A DNA stretch of 31,623 nucleotides from an uncultured Planctomycetia bacterium (GTDB taxonomy: Bacteria > Omnitrophota > Gorgyraeia > DAOVKU01), in contig CAYUDR010000002.1 in the NCBI GenBank assembly GCA_964443705.1, positions 1-31,623 on the forward strand, read 5' to 3'. Positions 31,333-31,623 of this stretch are shown here, in pieces. A program made the translations under genes and the position numbers. The notes beneath the pieces were generated by a model. It was not told the origin of the DNA and did no database searches. It worked only from the letters and a program-made list of their open reading frames with translations. How positions within the stretch are numbered: position 1 is the first letter of the stretch; every line of letters begins with the position of its first letter.

Positions 31333-31623
31333 ATGGCAAAAAGGCGAAAACCGGTCACCATAAAAGATATTGCTAAAAGGGCAGGTGTGGCTCATTCCAC
31401 CGTCAGTATGGTTATGAATGAGCGTAAATACGTAAGCCAGCCCATGCGAGAAAGGATATTGAAGGTGGTGCAAGATATGGGCTACCAGCCAAATTTAATT
31501 GCCAGAAGTCTTATCAGCCACCGTTCGCAAGCGGTGGCCGTTGTCTTTCCGGAAAGCCCCTATTTCTTTACCATCACTTACTTCCTTCAGATTATAAATG
31601 GAATCCAAAACGCCTGTAAAAAG
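31333..31623 (+). CDS. LacI family transcriptional regulator, 3'-partial (absent from the ORF track)
   Basis: MAKRRKPVTIKDIAKRAGVAHSTVSMVMNE...YQPNLIARSL...YFLQIINGI; runs off the window end. Confidence 0.93.
   Translation, partial: MAKRRKPVTIKDIAKRAGVAHSTVSMVMNERKYVSQPMRERILKVVQDMGYQPNLIARSLISHRSQAVAVVFPESPYFFTITYFLQIINGIQNACKK

Overview
An AT-rich, almost entirely + strand, gene-dense window dominated by carbohydrate functions. Positions ~1-21,450 form a glycan capture and processing locus with no SusC/SusD or TonB genes. It holds a sugar ABC substrate-binding lipoprotein (5'-partial), two PEP-CTERM surface proteins with CBM-like domains plus an untagged paralog, and three paralogous exported (alpha/alpha)6-barrel-like proteins of no family I can name. 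It also holds four stand-alone secreted CBM11/CIA30-like proteins, a GH94 phosphorylase and a GH144/GH189-like lipoprotein that both resemble domains of cyclic beta-1,2-glucan synthase, a TPR/PDZ protein, and a multi-domain pseudogene (5-bp duplication plus TGG->TAG). Positions ~21,700-31,623 carry LacI + GH35 (GlmA-like), ackA, a GlmU-like nucleotidyltransferase, a HAMP protein, a phosphohexomutase, an AraR-like GntR-LacI regulator and a 3'-partial LacI. There are five sugar-sensing regulators, many near-consensus sigma70 promoters, clear LacI-type operators and two REP-like palindrome families. The gene style suggests a PVC-type lineage such as Ca. Omnitrophota (inference only). I found no CRISPR, tRNA/rRNA, transposase or integrase. 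All family assignments come from motif recognition by eye, not database searches.
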